Assembly: GCF_902713615.1 (NCBI RefSeq)
Contig: NC_052163.1
Span: forward strand, 37,272,248 to 37,336,247
DNA length: 64,000 bases
Direction: 5' to 3'
From: Scyliorhinus canicula
Taxonomy: Eukaryota
The notes beneath the pieces were generated by a model. The model did no database searches. It saw nothing but the letters and a program-made list of their open reading frames with translations, and was not told where the DNA came from. Numbering within the stretch: position 1 is the stretch's first letter; each line of letters opens with the position of its first letter. Below, piece by piece: positions 23,468 to 36,860 of the stretch. Both the position numbers and the translations under genes were made by a program.

Positions 23468-26281
23468 AATGGTAAGAGATTAGGAGTTATGTGGTTTGCA
23501 AAGAATGTTGCCAGAAAAGGTGCGTAATATGTGGAATTCAGGGTGGAAGAGTAGTGTTCCATTATATAAGGTAAGGTTGGAAAGTCTAGTGAAGAATGGT
23601 GAAGTGTTAGTAGGAGTAATAGATAAACTATCTTGTCCAGGAATACAGTTTATATTGGGTAATGATACAGCTGGATTGGAGGTGGGAGTGATGCCTACTG
23701 TGTTTGATAAGCCAGTGGAAAATCAGACAACTGAAGTGTTGAAGGGCGAATATCCTGGGATTTTTCTGGATTGTGTAGTGACAAGGTCACAAAGTCACAG
23801 GTTATAACAAGAGGAGAAATCAAAGAGTGAAGATGACGTTGAAGTGCAATTATCAGAAACGATTTTTAATCAGATGGTTGAAAAAGAACAAGAACAGGTG
23901 GAGGGTGAGGCGGATATTTTTAATTCAGGAAAATTGGCGAAGTTACAACAGAAAGATGTAGAAATGAAACGGATGTATCAGAAGGCATATACAGAAGAGG
24001 AATCTGTGTGTATACCAGAGTGTTATTACTGTAAAAGTGATGTTTTGATGAGAAAATGGAGACATTTACATATGCAGACAGATGAGAAGTGGGCAGAAGT
24101 TCATCAAGTAGTATTGCCAGTTGGGTATAGAAAGGAGGTGTTGCGAGTTGCACATGAGGTACCAGTGGGATGTCATTTGGTAATAAGGAAAACTCAAGCT
24201 AAAATGCAGAAACATTTTTATTGGCCTGGGCTACATAAAGATGTGGTTAAATTTTGTCAATCATGTCACACATGTGAAGTGATAGGGAAACCTCAAACAG
24301 TGATAAAACCAGCACCATTAATATGCATTCCAGCATTTGAGGAACCTTTTAAAAGGGTCCTAATTGATTGCGTAGGACCACTTCCTAAAACGAAAAGTGT
24401 GAATCAATATCTTTTGACTAGAATGGATGTGTCTACAAGGTTTCCAGAGGCCATTCCGGTATGTAATATTACAGCTAAAAGGATTGTAGAGGAGTTACTT
24501 AAATCCTTTACTAGATATGGACTACCCACAGAAATTCAATCGGATCAAGGATCGAATTTTACTTCAAAGTTATTCAAAGACATTGTGGAAAACTTAGGAA
24601 TAAAACAATTTAAATTAACTGCGTACCATCCAGAATCGCAGGGAGTGTTAGAAAGGTGGTATCAGACATTAAAGACAATGTTGAGGACTTCTTGTCAAGA
24701 TTATCCAGAGGATTGAGATAAGGGAATTCCATTCGTACTGTTTGCAATTTGGGATGCACCTAATGAGCCAACCAAATTTAGTCCTTTTGAACTAAATTTT
24801 GGTCATGAGGTAAGAGGATCACTTAAATTGATGAAGGAAAAGTTGGTGAGTGAGAAATCGGAAATTACATCATTGGATTACGTGTCAAATTTTAGGGAAC
24901 AATTAAATAGAGCAGATGAATTGGCTAGCCAACATTTAAAAGTTGCACAAAATGTGATGAAACGGGTAACGGACAAGACTTCCAATGTTCATAGTTTTAC
25001 CAGTGGAAATAAAGTTTTAGTAATTTTACCAGTGATAGGTGAACCTTCAAAAGCAAGGTTTTGTGGACCTTATCAAATTGAAAGGAAATTAAGTGAGGTG
25101 AATTATGTGGTAAAAACACCATAGAAGGAAGATTTACCGAGTGTGTCATGTGAATATGCTTAAAAGGTACTTTGAAAGGGAAGGAGAGAAAAGGGAAGTT
25201 TAAATGATTCTAACTCAAAGTGACAAACCAAATCCAGATGACTGTGAATTTGACATACCTCAAATTAAATTGGAAAACGAGGAAAATTTTCTTTAAAATT
25301 GGGATAAATTATTGAGTTACCTTCCAGAGGGAAAATGAACTGACCTGAAAGAGTTATTGAGATCACATGGGCAAGTTTATGGAGATAAATTGGGAAGTAC
25401 TAAAATGGCTATGCATGATGTAGATGTGGGAAATGCTATTCCAATCAAACAACATCCATATCAGCTTAACCCTTTAAAATTGGCACAGGTTAACAAAGAG
25501 ATTGAGAGTATGCTTAAAAATGGCATAATTGAAGTGGGGTGCAGCCAATGGAGCTCACCCATAGTAATGGTACCAAAGCAGGACGGTACCCAACGGTTGT
25601 GTGTGGACTATAGAAAGGTTAATGCAGTTACAAGAAGGGACTCTTATCCTATCCCACGTTTGGAGGATTGCATTGAGAAAGTAGGACAATCAGCTTTTAT
25701 TTCCAAACTGGATTTACTTAAAAGGTGACTGGTAGGTACCTTTATCCGAAAGGGTGAAGGAGATTTCAGCTTTTGTGACTCCAGATGATATATACCAATT
25801 CAAAGTTATGCCATTTGGCTTGAAAAACGCCCCAGCCACATTTCAATGGTTAACTAACAAAGTTTCAGGATTACCCAATTGTGCGGTATACATCGACGAT
25901 CTGGTAATTTTCAGCCAGACATGGAAAGAACATTTAAAACATCTGATGGAGTTATTCGATCAACTTCAGGAGGCTGGTTTGCTGATAATCCTAGCCAAAA
26001 GTGAATTTGGAAAAGCCCAAGTCACTTTCCTTGAGGAGCTTCCGATACCTTCGAGACGAAGGGAAATAATGCGATTTCTTGGCATGAGTGGATCTGATCA
26101 GACATTTGTGAAAAGTTTTTGTAATGTTGTTGCTCCACTGATAGACTTGCTGAAAAAACGTCGAAAATTTCAGTGGACAGCGGACTTTCAACAGGCATTT
26201 GACTGCCTGAAAGCTGTGATAACCAATGCTCCTGTGTTGGAGAATTACAAGGGACTCTGTGATCAGATGGAACTAAAGTAA
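23468..26281 (+). pseudogene. Remainder of the Gmr1-like pol: protease C-terminus, integrase, then RT
   Basis: AH..PVGCHL...HFYWPGL..DV..FCQSCHTC, LIDCVGPL, IQSDQGSNF, YHPESQG; SPIVMVPK...LCVDYRK, MPFGLKNAP, YIDD; ends in the connection region. Confidence 0.9.
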
Positions 26282-26545
26282 CTGACTTTAAAGAAAAATA
26301 CTGAGGCGTAGAGAAATGGATGGATCGTGCAGAGACCTTCTTGTCCAAAGTGACTGTCAATTGAGAAGGATTCCAGTTGGAGGAAGAAGAAAAAAATGGA
26401 CTATATTATTATACCTGTTTGCGTGTCTTGTTTTTTTTTAAATGAAAAAGTATATTTACTGTGTGCATTTCTTAAAGGATAGTGAGAAGGTGAAAAATGA
26501 AACCATCTTGAAGTTGATGGTTTATTTTTTTTTCTTGGGGGGAGG

Positions 26546-27177
26546 TGTCATGTGAGAGTACCTTCAAAAAATGGGTGTTTATAAATGGGTGTGTATATAA
26601 ATAGCTGTAGTGAGAGTACCTTTAAGAAATGTGTGTTTATTACTGCAGTGATGTCAGTGAGGTAGAGCTGGACTGTCTGTCAGTTTTTTAGTTTCTTTTT
26701 GGGCTGTTTGCTGCAGGGTGTGTTTTAGTTTCATTTTCAGAGCTGGATAGCTGCAGTCACAGCCAGAAGGGGTATTAGTCTCTCTCTCTCTCTGTAATCT
26801 AAAAACTGTAAATCGATCCTTTGGTGATTTCAAACTAATAACTGCTCTCAGTCGTGACTAACCTGATGTGCTTCTGTTAAAAGTTCATTTTTAAGTCTTA
26901 TGGATGTTAAAAGAAAAGCTTAAACTATTATGTAGTGTTGTATTCTTTGGGGTGTATTTGAATTAATGGTTGCTAAGATGTTCACTGTATGTTTTAAAAA
27001 GGTTAACTTGAGTTCATAGAATAAACATTGTTTTGCTTTAAAAAATACTTTTCCATTTCCTCTGTACCACACCTGCAGAGTGGGCCGTGTGTCCCCCATA
27101 CCACAATCTATTAAAAGTTGTGGATCAGATGAACTCCATGATACACTTTGGGGTTCTCTAAACCCTGGCCCATAACA
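26546..27177 (+). repeat. 3' LTR of the Gmr1-like element
   Basis: 632 bp, preceded by the PPT, TG...CA. Confidence 0.92.
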
Positions 27178-27239
27178 CTATCAACCAACCATTAATGCCT
27201 TTCAGGGAAGGAAATCTGCCATCCTTACCTGGTCAAGAT

Positions 27240-29180
27240 CAGCATAAAAGGTAAAGAAAAAGCATACAAAGTGGTGAGGATTAGTGGGAAGCTAGAGGAT
27301 CGGGAAGCCTTTAAAAGCGAGCAGCGGACAACTAAAAAACAATAAGGGGAGAGACGGTGAAGTATGTGTGCAAGCTAGCTAGTGATATAAAGGAAGATTT
27401 GAAGAGTTTACTTTCAATAAATAAAAGGTAAGAAAAAGGCAAAAATAGACATTGGACCACTGGAAAATGTGGCTGGAGAAGTAATGATAGGAAACAAAGA
27501 AATAGCAGATGAACTGAATAGTTATGTTGCATCAGTCTTCACGGTGGAAGCCAGAGAACCAGGAGGCAGAATGTGTGCAGTGACCATTACTTAGGAGAAG
27601 GTTCTGGGGAAACTGAAAAGTCTGAAGGTGAATAAGTCACCTAGACTGGATGAACTACACCCCAGGGTTCTAAAAGAAATAGCTGAGGAAATTGTGGAGG
27701 CATTGGTGATGATCGTTCAGGAATCACTGGAGGACAGAAGTTTCCCAGAGGACTGGAAAGTGGTTAATATAACACCAGTGTTTAAGAAGGGAGGGAGGCA
27801 AAAGACGGGAAATTTAGCCCTTTCTTCAGTCATTCGTAAGATTTTAGAGTCTGTTATTAAAGATGAGATCGCAAACTACTTGGAAGTGCATGGTAAAATA
27901 GGACTGAATCTTTGTCAAAGAGAGGTCATGTCTGACAAATCTGTTAGAGGTCTTTGAGGAGGTAACAAGGAAGTTAGACAAAGGAGAACCAGTGGATGTG
28001 ATTTACTTAGATTTCCAGGTCTTTGACAAGGTGCCGCATAGGAGACTGTTCAATAAGTTAAAAGCCCATGGTGTTAAGGGTAAGATCCTGGCATGGATAG
28101 AGGATTGGCTGATTGACAGAAGGCAGAGAGTGGGGATAAAGGGGTCTTTTTCAGGATGGCAGCCGGTGACTAGTGGCGTGCCTCAGGGGTCTGTGCTGGG
28201 ATCACAACTTTTTACAATATACATTAATGATCTGGAAGAAGGATCTGAAGGCACTGTTGCTGAGTTTGAAGATGATACAAATATATGCAGAGGGACAGGC
28301 AGTATTGAGGAAGCAAGGGGGCTGCAGAAGGATTTGGACAAGCTAGCAGAGTGGTCAATGAAGTGGCAAATTAAATTCAATGCGGAGAAGTGCGAGGTTA
28401 TGCACTTTGGAAGGAGGAATTTAGGCATAGTCTATTTTCAAAATGGGGAAATGCAAAGGAAATCAGAATCATAAAGGGACTTGGTAGTCCTTGTTCACGA
28501 TTCTCTTAAGGTTAACGTGCAGGTTCAGTTGGCAGTTGAGAAGGCAAATGCAATGTTAGCATTCATGTCAACAGGGCTAGAATACAAGACCAGGGAGGTA
28601 CTTATGAGGCTGTATAAAGCTCTGGTCAGACCCCTATTGGAGTATTGTGAGCATTTTTCGGTCCCGTATCTACGGAAATATGTGCTGGCCATGGAAAGCG
28701 TCCAGAGGAGGTTCACAAGAATGCTCCATGGATTGAAGAACTTGTCAGGTGGTTCTGTACTTGTTGGAGTTTCGAAGGATGAGAGGGGATTTTATCAAAA
28801 CTTACAGGATACTGCAAAGCCTGGATAGAGTGGACGTGGAGAGGATGTTTCCACTTGTAGGAGAAACTAGAACCAGAGGACACCATCTCAGACTAAAGGG
28901 ACGATCCTTTAAAACAGAGATGAGGAGGAATTTCTTCAGACAGAGGGTGGTGAATCTATGGAACTCTTTGCCGGAGAAGGCTGTGGAGGCCAAATCACTG
29001 AGTGTCTTTAAGACAGAGATAGATAGGTTCTTGATTAATAAGGGAATCAGGGGTTATGGGGAGAAGGCAGGAGAATGTGGATGAGAAAATATCAGCCATG
29101 ATTGAATGGCGGAGCAGACTCGATGAGCCAAGTAGCCTAATTCTGCTTCTATATCTTTTGGTCATATAGTCTTATGGTCT
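27240..29180 (+). mobile_element. 5'-truncated CR1 LINE, degenerate, with 3' tail
   Basis: KSPRLDELHPRVLKE, DVIYLDFQ.FDKVPH, GVPQGSVLG, EDDT; splits an older SINE whose parts lie at ~27180-27235 and ~29180-29340. Confidence 0.9.
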
Positions 29181-30699
29181 GACCTTCAGGTGACTCTCGA
29201 CCCACAGTGATGTGGTTGACTATTAAATACCATCTGAAATGCATTAGTGAGACATTCAGTTCAAGGGCAATTAGGGATGGGCAATTAATATTGGCCCAGC
29301 CAGTGGCACCCATATTCCATGCATGAATAACAAAAAACAAGAGGTTTGTTCATACTGTCTTTTCCCTACTTATAATCAATGAGTTCTAATTCTATCTGTT
29401 TCGCCTTCGGCCTTCCTCAACCCCTTGTCTCCCACAAAGTGAACCTACCAGCCAAGTTAGGTTATTTTTCTCTCTTTAGCTCTACAAAAGTTAAATCTCT
29501 TTCTCTACCCATCTAGTCACACAGTGTAGCTCTTTGTCAGCATCTACCGCAACAGTTTCTGTACATGGATGCTGCGGTAGTCCGTCACATTTTGGACGGT
29601 AGGCGGGGAATGGTTGAACAGGATTTTCATGCAAGAGGATTGGAGACTGATGATGCACTCACAGGCGATATGTATGGAAGAGAGTGTTCTGGCAGTCTCC
29701 ACTCTTCCTCCTCTTCCCTCTCCTGCTTTTGAAGTGGACACCAAACCAGTTGTGGTAATGGCTGTGCCATGCTGGGCAGGTCATGGAGGCCAAGTCCTTG
29801 AACATCAAGGCTGTGATCATTGGTTTTTAATCAGTAGGAGACTTAAGGGTCACAGAGGTAAGTAGGGAAAGTGGACTTAATGAGCTTTAGATCAGCCATG
29901 ATCTGATTAAATGATGGAGTAGACTCGAAGGGCTGAATGACCCACTCCTGTTCCTATTTCTAATGGACTTATAGACACAACAGATCAATGTGAATTAGGG
30001 CCCATGCGTCCAAGGGGATTTCTTCCAAACAGCCCAGGCAGTGGGAGTGTTCCTTTAATACCCTAATAATCTATTGAATGACGTACTCATGGCAGGCAGT
30101 ATGGCTCTCTTCATAGGAGCACTGGCCCTATGAGGTGGGGTTGTAAGATGAGTCATCAGTCAGAAGCAGAGTACATATCACGCACCATCTGGTGTAGCTA
30201 GGTGGTTGAAAGATTTCTGCGCAGTGGATTGGCATAGCTGATTCATCTCAGTGTTTAAATGCACCACCTGTAAAGCCACTTCTGAGTAATTGATGGCATC
30301 TGAAACCATGGCGAAGATGTTATCCCAGCAAAATACATCGACACTCCTCTTCCTTCTCTCTGTTCAGAAAGAAGCAAGTCCTCTCCTGGAGCACAGCGTC
30401 TCTCTGACCTTTTGGCTGCAGCGATGGGGAGTGAATAGACTGATAATTGCTACCTTTTCTTTTGCATTTTGGAAGCAATGGCCATTGGCAACAAGTCTTT
30501 ACCTGTTTTAAGACGACAGGCCTGATGCCAAGGGTGACACACGTGTCTAATTGTGAATTGTGAATTGCAGCCACTAAATATACTTTGCCGCTGGCTTAGG
30601 TACAGTTATGTAAGTGCTCCTTGAAGACTCTACGTGAGTAAAGACCCCCTGCTAAGATCCCTCCTCCTCCCTCTGTGAACAGCTTGTCTTCTTTGGTAA

Positions 30700-30960
30700 A
30701 AATAAAATACTGCAGATTCTGGAAATCTGAAATAAAAACCGAACATGCAGGAAATACTCATCAGATTTGGCAGAATCTGTGGAGAGTTATTGTTTTCAGT
30801 TCAATCTGACTGTTCATCGGAACGAGCAGCATTTTTGGATGTTACTTCTTAGTTCCAAAGAAGCGTCATCTTCGACTTGAAATGTTAACTCTGTTTCACT
30901 CTCCACGGATGTTGCAGACTTGCTGAGTTTTTCCAGCACCTTCTGGTGTCTTTATTGCCT
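30700..30960. mobile_element. Old Penelope terminal-repeat relic with inverted arms and a decayed hammerhead
   Basis: 30740-30786 is an approximate reverse complement of 30899-30950; CCAAAGAAG-CGTC...GACTT-GAAATGTT at 30853-30888. Confidence 0.6.
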
Positions 30961-31822
30961 CTGCTCCATCGCCTTCTGATTCTGCAGCCTAAGAAGGACT
31001 TCATCGATATCCCCCCCTGCTGGGAGGACGTAGCGGACCTGGAGGCCTTCCAGCACTTTCCAATGTCCAGTCCTATTCCCTGCAGACTTTAGCAACCTTT
31101 CTGAACACCAACAAACACCCACAAACTCAGCAAGACCCGATAGTAATAAACAACCGACACGCGAGTTGGACAATGATGTTGCAAATAGCACTGATAGAGG
31201 AGTTCACTTGTGGGTGTTTGAGACAGGGTTTTAACTAAAGTGGTGAGGTCAAAAATGACAGGTCAGGTATTTCCCAGGCTGGTGCTCTCAACAGCATGAA
31301 ATTAGGCGCTTGCCATCATTTCCACCTCGACCAATAACATAACATCAAAACTTATAGCCATAAGCAGCACTACAGATCTGAATTTTATGGCTCACAATTA
31401 ACCTGTGTTTTATTCAATGGGTTCAAACATTTGCTGTAGTCCATAACCAAAATGCCATCTCCCACTCAGCCTGAGATATTCCATTCCTTTCCTTCACTGG
31501 GTTCGCTGTCTCACTGGAGGAATGTGAATAATCTGATACTTTGTGCACTCCATCAGTATTTTGAACATTAATCCAGCGGAAATTCAATTGAATAAAGACG
31601 GACTATTGTTATGCTGCTGTTTATTCTACAATCACTCCGGGGGTTTGCAATGTGGTTGGGGACATTTTCAGAGAGGGTAACATCCGGGAAGAGAAGTGCT
31701 TGGGGAAAAAAAAAGGTGTCAAATTGACTTGCAACACAATTTGTACCACATCAGAGTCGACACTTGTAACACTCAATGTTGCTCATGAATTGAGGTATGT
31801 AAAAGTAGTGCTCCCACACACG

Positions 31823-32182
31823 GGGGCAGCAGGGTAGCATGGTGGTTAGCATAAATGCTTCACAGCTCCAGGGTCCCAGGTTCGATTCCCGGCTGGGTCA
31901 CTGTCTGTGTGGAGTCTGCACGTCCTCCCCCTGTGTGCGTGGGTTTCCTCCGGGTGCTCCGGTTTCCTCCCACAGTCCAAAGATGTGCGGGTTAGGTGGA
32001 TTGGCCATGCTAAATTGCCCGTAGTGTCCTAATAAAAAGTAAGGTTAAGGGGGGGGGTTGTTGGGTTACAGGTATAGGGTGGATACATGGGTTTGAGTAG
32101 GGTGATCATGGCTCGGCACAACATTGAGGGCCGAAGGGCCTGTTCTGTTCTGTGCTGTACTGTTCTATGTTCTATGTTCTAT
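31823..32182 (+). mobile_element. HE1-type SINE, full length
   Basis: Near-identical to 2280-2608. Confidence 0.92.
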
Positions 32183-32559
32183 CACTAGCTATTCACTTCC
32201 CCTTTCTCCATCTATGGTTGCCTTCTTGAAAGATAGTGATCCAAACATAAATTTATTCTGAGTCAAAAGAAAAGGCCACAGCGCGGCATACAGCACATAG
32301 GTCCCAACTGGGACTACTGATCATGTCAGTCCCAATCCAGACCAGCTTTTAAGTGTTAGCTTCACATGCCTCTGCTATTAAGCCTCTGCCCCTCAATGGG
32401 GGGAACACGTATTTCATGGGTCTCGTGAGGGTTATTCCAGTTATGTATCATAGAGTAGATCCCTGATGGTGAAACATCCTGTGATCTCCACTGACTTCAG
32501 CAGATTCTCCATCTTAGATCGAATGAGCAACATCCAACGTGCCAAACAGGTATGGCACT

Positions 32560-35140
32560 GGTCAGAAGAATAGAAAAGTGCATATAATGAGGTTAAAGAT
32601 GCCTGACAGATAATTGCAATTCCAAGCTGAAGTTACAACTTGCTTGCGATGCAGCACTCTTGGGGGTAAATGCAGTTGTCTTGATATAATGCCTTCTGGA
32701 GAGGAAAGACCAGTAGCATTTACTTCACAAATCTTGACTAGTCCAAAAACTATTTAACCTCAGCTACAAAAAGAGGCATTGAGTGTCATTTTTGGGGTAA
32801 GAATGTTCCACCATTACCTTATGGACGTCATGTTTCTCTTTAGATGGATCATTGACGCTTGATGACAATCTTTGGGCCTGATGCACGATCAATGAACACA
32901 GAAACGAAGGAGTAGTCTGAATCGAAGGTTTTAATCTACAAGAAGTGTGCCCAGCAGCAGGAGTACAGAAAGAACAATGGCTGCTGGGAAACACTAGTTC
33001 TTATACTTCGCCTCATAGGCGGAGCTACCTTCCTCTCGACCAATGAGAAGACAACACTTGGACCAATGGGCAGTGAGCCTTCTACACCAATAGCAGCTCA
33101 CACTCCCAGGTACCATAGTACCTCTAGTCATACTACCACAGGGCTGTATAAAGGTATTCCTTCTTTAGCAGCTAGTATGTGACAGAGACAGTCTATGATA
33201 TTGTCAGCACACACTCACAACATCCAATATCAGAATGCTGTGCTTTGTCCAGATTGTTGGTGCAAGTCAAGTATGACTCAAGAACATTTTGACCAATGTC
33301 CTGTATTTCTCACTCATGGATAATGTACCTGTGACTTCATCCCAAGTACGGAGGTATACGAGAATTGACCCAGTGATGGGGAAGGTGATGGACTTGGTCC
33401 AAAAAGGAATGATGACAGATATTCATTGTAAAGATCCACCCCTCAAGCTCTACATCACAGGAAGACTTGAGTTGACAGTTCAGAATGGAGTTTTATTAAG
33501 GGAAAGCCGAGTGATTATTCCTCTGTGCTTGCGTAGTTAAGTCCTTGACCAACTACGAGGGATATCCTCTGGAACTGGCACACAGTTATTTTTAGTGGCC
33601 AGGATTAGATGCTCAACTCGAAGAGAAAGTGGGCCAATGTCAATTCGATGCAAAACTAAGAAATACTCCGCTACTGCAACTATTACTTTCATGGGACTAG
33701 CCAACACAGCCATGGCAGAAAATACACAAAGACTATGCTGGTCCGGTGGAGGTTTACATGTTTCTGGTGATTGTGGATGCAATCTAAGTGGCCAGAAGTT
33801 GTTATGATGAAATCGCCAATGATAGAACAAAACATTGAGAAGCTAGACAAAATATTTGCAAGATTCGGAACACCGGAGAGGTCGTGAGTACCAATGGTAC
33901 TCAGTTCGCTTCAAAGAAGTTCAAAGACTAGCTGCAGAAAAATGGTCCACATCACATCAGGTTAACTACCTATCATCCTGCAATAATTGAATTGACTGAA
34001 CATTTCATTCAATCATTGAGGCATTCCATCAAGGCACTGAAGGGCCAAGGTACATTGACAACAGGAGCAAACAAATTCTCAATGTCTTACCGTACACTGC
34101 AAATGCAATAATGCAGAGTTCACCAGCAATGCTGCTGTTTTGGAGGAAACTGCGAACAGTTTATTTGTTAATACCACCTCATGTTTCTGAAATTGTCAAA
34201 TGACAGCAATAAGCCCAGATTGCTAGGAGAGAACTAAACTCTTAAAAGTGAGTATTCAATCAAGGAGAGCGAGTGCTTGCCAGAAGCTACAAAAGTGAAA
34301 TGATCCTACTGTGGTCCTAGTAAAGACAGGCCTAATGTCATACACCATGCAGATGGATGATGAAATAGTTTGGCGATGTCGTGCTGATCAGCTCCTAGCT
34401 TCACAAACTGCAAACCTGAAACATTTCAAGAATTATTTTCCATGGAAAATTTAGACAGCGATACATTGGAACAGAGCTTGAAAAAGAGACAAGTGCAGAT
34501 TCTGGTTCTGAGGGCTTCCCAATACCTATAGAGATGGATACTGGAGTAACTTCCCAGGAAGTACCACCTGTTGTGTTTGGCCTTTTATACCTTGCAAAGG
34601 AATCCACCAGACACCTTGACTTGCCCAAACCAGGATCTTTATTTAATCACACATGGTAAGATAGCGATCTGTTACAAAGTTATCATGGAGTTGTTTTGCA
34701 CTCCTCTGGAATAACACCGAGCATGACTGTTCACCTGTATGTCTTACTATCACCTCCTACAAACATCTGCCGATGGACGGATGTGTCCTCACTTGTAAGA
34801 GAGTCCCTGGTTACATGACCAGGGCCTTGAGACCGTATGGTGTGTCTGCACCACTGCCTCTTGGTTGGCGGTCGCACACCATCCATCTACGATATTGCCT
34901 ATAGGCATATCACCACACCACCTACTGAGGAAAAAGAGGACACATACAATGTCGCAAGTAGCCAGGTTCCAGAACATCAGACACACCCACAAGGAATAAA
35001 TATTCACCTGAGACTCTGTCTTATTAAGTTTTATATATATAATATATATATATATACATGTATAGAAATAATGCATAAGTGGGTCTGTTGTATAAATGTT
35101 AAGTTTTGTCATTGTACAAAAGAAGTAAAGAGGGAAGCTT
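32560..35140 (+). mobile_element. Decayed Gypsy internal region (RNase H and integrase)
   Basis: ACDA...EERPVAFTS...QKEALSVIFGV.MFHHYLYG; LTVQNGVLL..SRVIIP; many stops. Confidence 0.75.
32879..33140 (-). mobile_element. Solo LTR inserted into the Gypsy relic
   Basis: TGTGGTAG...GTGCATCA on the minus strand; TSD GGGCC/GGGCT; same termini as the LTR at 46257-46498. Confidence 0.85.
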
Positions 35141-35619
35141 GTTTTGTATCAGAGAATGCATCCATGCTGGTGAAGTGTCACATGATCTGATGATCTGTAA
35201 TGATGTCAGCAGAGAATGTTTCCATTGGCTCCAGTTCTCCGTCTTAGGTTGTATGAGCAGCATCCCTAATAAAATCTCTGATTGCTTTTGTATGAATCCA
35301 AAGTGTGGGCATCTCATCCTTTTTCTTTGCTGCAAACTCAGAGATATAACAAGAATCACAGGAATCACAGAAAAATACAGTGCAGAAAAGGCCCTTCGGG
35401 CCATCAAGTTCTACCCTACCCATATTCATCGTCAACTTGCCAGATTTGTCTTTTCTCCCAGCCCCTCTGTTCTCTTGATGAAAAGGATGATCATTGTCCT
35501 CTTTCTTACATCCTTGCATTTTTTGCACCAGTAACCTCTAACCTGCTACTAACTGAATTTCCCTCGACATGTGCCACAGGAAATAACTCTACCTTAAGTA
35601 CTTGCAGTGCTCTTTAAAA

Positions 35620-36860
35620 AAATTATTTTACGGGATGGAGGCACTGCTGGATTTTGACCCAGTGGCAGTGAAGGAATGTTAATATATTTCCAAGTCAGGA
35701 TGGTCGGTGTTTTGAAGGCAACATCCAGGTGGTGGTGCTCCCATGTTGAGGTGCCAATCGAGTGGACTGCTTTGTCTTGGATGGTATCAAGCTTCTTGCA
35801 CGTTGTTGGAGCTTCACTCACCCAGGCAAGGGGAGAGTATTCCATCACACTCTTGACTTGCGCCTTGTAGATGGTGGACAGGCTTTGGGGAGTCAGAAAG
35901 CAAGTTACTTGCCGCAGGGATCTGAGCTTCTAACCTGCTCTGGTAACCACTGCATTTACATGGCTAGTCCAGTTCATTTTCTGGTTAATAGTGACCAGCA
36001 GGATGTTGATATTTGGGGATTCAGTGATGGTTAAGCCATTGAATATTAAAGCGTGATGGCTGATTCTCTCTGGATGAAGATGGTCATTGCCTCACACTTG
36101 GCTCAAACGTTACTTGCCACTTGTCACGTGTGGAAATTGGCCAGGTCTTTCTGCGTTTGGACATGGACTGCTTCAGTATCTGAAGAGTTGTGAATGGTGC
36201 TGAATGTTGTGCAATCACAACTTCTGACATGTTGAAAGGGAGGTAATGGGTGCAGCAGCTGAAGATGGTCGGGCCTAGATCCTAACCTGAGGAATTCATG
36301 GCAGTGGTGTCCTGGAGCTGAGATGACTGACCTCCAACAACAACCATCTTCCATTGTGCCAGGTATGACTCCAATCAGCAGATGTTTCCCCCCCCAGATT
36401 CCAATTGACTCCAGTTTTACTCGGGCTCTTCGATGCCACACAGTCAGATATGGCCTTGATGTCAAGGGCAGTCACTCTCATCTCATCTTTGTAGTTCAGT
36501 TCTTTTATCCATGTTTGAACAGGCTGATAGGAGGTCAGGAGCTGGGTGGCTCTGGCAGCACCCAGGCTGAGTGTCAATGAGCAGGTTAGTTCAAGGCAAG
36601 TGCACGTGAGAGCACTGTTGATCACCCTTCCATCATTTTACTAATGACCGAGAGTAGCCTGTTGGTTGGGTTTGTCCTGTGTTTTGTATACACGTCATAC
36701 TTGCTCAATTTTCCATATTTCTGGGTAGCTGTCAGTTCTGTACTGGAACAGGAGCACAAGTCTTCAGTACTATTGCCGGAATCATAACCTTTGCAGAATC
36801 CAGTGTCTTCAACCATTTCCTGATATCACCTGGAGTGAATCAAATTGGCTGAAGACTGGA
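35620..36860 (-). mobile_element. LINE relic, same family as 5930-6890
   Basis: MEYSPLAWVSEAPTTCKKLDTIQDKA; ALDIKA..D.V. Confidence 0.8.

Larger units (their letters stand above)
7424..27177 (+). mobile_element. Gmr1-like Ty3/Gypsy LTR retrotransposon, full span, carrying nested insertions
   Basis: Paired LTRs (TGTCATG...ATAACA), degenerate tRNA-Pro-like PBS TTTGGGGTTTGTCC at ~8043, PPT GGGGGGAGG before 26546, 4-bp TSD CCAT/CTAT (1 mismatch), domain order gag-PR-IN-RT. Confidence 0.92.

Noticed and set aside
21364-23483. Long plus-strand ORFs of 701, 536 and 430 aa, and minus-strand ORFs of 436 and 264 aa
   Set aside because: They are stop-poor frames over the GC-rich L1 5' UTR arrays and the antisense of ORF1, with low-complexity G/P/R/A content.
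30952-31095. Phase-1-compatible open segment (ERLLKSAG...AMEQRQ*) as a possible tail exon of gene 2
   Set aside because: Weak acceptor, no homology to the gene 1 tail, no TM exon to connect it, and VRYVLP is not an ITIM.
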